DNA of 64,000 bases, from the NCBI GenBank assembly GCA_047495785.1, contig JBLDXI010000026.1, positions 124,001-188,000 on the forward strand, written 5' to 3'. The position numbers were made by a program, and so were the translations under genes. The notes below the pieces were generated by a model, which had not been told where the DNA came from, did no database searches, and worked only from the letters and a program-made list of their open reading frames with translations. Source of the stretch: Lepidodermella squamata. Its lineage: Eukaryota > Animalia > Gastrotricha. Below are positions 62,737 to 64,000 of the stretch, piece by piece (position 1 is the first letter of the stretch; each line of letters begins with the position of its first letter).

Positions 62737-63657
62737 ATGACTGAATTGCAGAAACCAAGCGATTTACCAGTAAAGAACCCGGCTAATCCGCCAAACGAAA
62801 GCATTGATGACGAGGACTGTTGGTTTTCGATGACTGCTCGTCTTCGGATGAATGGCCGCTATGGCGTGTTCAGAATTTTCCAGGCTGTATGTTTCGAATA
62901 GATTCTGGCCTATTCTTTTCAGAGCTGGAAAACTTGCAGAAATGGCGCACCAGGTGCGTAGGAATTTTTGGGAAAAGTAGGCAATTTTGGCTCAGGAAAC
63001 AGTCAAAAGTTGAAGGAAGTGGTAGTTTAGTAGGAAATTTCAAAATAAAATCGGCGCGTAGGAAATCCTGCAGGTTTTCCAGCTCTGATTCTTTTATATG
63101 CTTCAATTTCTGATTTATAGTCATACGAAGCTTTGGCAGCAATTATGTGTATCATTACAATCCTGGTTTATGACGAGAACAAGTGGTTCTACTGGTCTTG
63201 GCTGATAGCTTTACCGCTTATTACAATCATTTATCACCTCATTCAGCTTTGCCATCCAAAGAAACGAGTAACGAAATGCGGTTGCTTTGACGGCGGGTCG
63301 GACGCTGCCTTTGGAATCCTATATCTTCTTCATGGAGTCGCTCAATATCTGATATACTTGAAATACTACACAATGAATTCATCTGACAATATGTTCGGGC
63401 TCTTTGTTTTCCAGCTGGTGAGTCATCGGCGAAATTAACGCGGAATTTTCAACAATTTTCTGTTTTTTTAGGTGTCTGATGCTATCGTTGCCATCACCTA
63501 TCTTTTCTTCGCTGTTGATATTTTTTGCATCAATTTCGTCGAATGGGACAAAGCATACGGCTTCTGCTGTTGCGAAGTGAATGAATTGGATGAATCAGTC
63601 GATATGGCTATCACGGCGATCGCAATTCACAGCGCCAGCGGCATGCACTTTGGTTGA
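62737..63657 (+). CDS. Four-TM membrane protein (possibly MARVEL-like), 3 exons
   Basis: Exons ~62737-62886 (…GVFRIFQA|GTATGT), 63121-63417 and 63472-63657; homologous to the gene at 50121-50696. Confidence 0.65.
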
Positions 63658-63664
63658 TAATATT

Positions 63665-64000
63665 CATATTACTCTAGGCGAAGCTCACATAATAACATAA
63701 TAACATAATAAGAAACCGCTTATTTAAGGGGGATTTTTTAATTTTTACTGTGAGCACCGAAGGTGCGAAAACCTTGCCCCGCCGAGAAACGCGAGCGCAG
63801 CGAGCATCACGGGGCAAGGTTTTCGCCCGAGCAAAGCGAGGGGACGCTGATTTCATCGAGCGAAGCGAGAAAAAGCACTTGAAACTCTTCGAGCGAAGCG
63901 AGATCACTTTTCTTGTTTCAGCATGAAATTCGTTCAAAAATGCCGTTTTCATCGTACAGTTTTAATGTTGATTTTTTAAAGTCGCATTTCACACCAGAAA
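63665..64000 (+). mobile_element. Second copy (left end) of the TIR element at 20290; runs out of the window
   Basis: Near-identical to 20290-~20625 (catattactctaggcgaagctcacataataacataataac..., with CGAGCGAAGCGAG motifs). Confidence 0.9.

Overview
Eukaryotic genomic DNA from a compact animal genome, probably an invertebrate (many 48-60 bp GT-AG introns, sushi-domain, C2 and nuclear-receptor genes). The ORF track fragments most genes, so I rebuilt the spliced models by hand. (1) 1-~11.5 kb: a large Foldback/MULE (NOF-FB-like) DNA transposon. Its inverted arms are built from a 174-bp unit (about 13 copies left, about 3 right). It carries an apparently intact 10-exon, ~1,736-aa gene: DDE transposase, a USP-like cysteine protease, PPxY/PxDLS motifs, a Lys/Pro repeat, and a second, catalytically dead copy of the protease. 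(2) 13.8-23.2 kb: two tandem RNF217-like RBR E3 ligases with TE-filled introns. (3) 23.5-38 kb: a secreted 10-Cys peptide, a secreted 5-sushi mucin-like protein, a membrane protein, and a synaptotagmin-like C2A-C2B gene with a nested antisense gene and a probable internal promoter. (4) 38.7-57.2 kb: eight co-oriented, highly divergent nuclear receptors with four non-canonical P-box types plus CEACKG, interspersed with small secreted genes. (5) 57.4-59 kb: two intronless bacterial/fungal-type GNAT acetyltransferases (HGT candidates). (6) 59-64 kb: nested MITEs, a local duplication and a 4-TM gene. All family assignments come from motif recognition; no database search was run.
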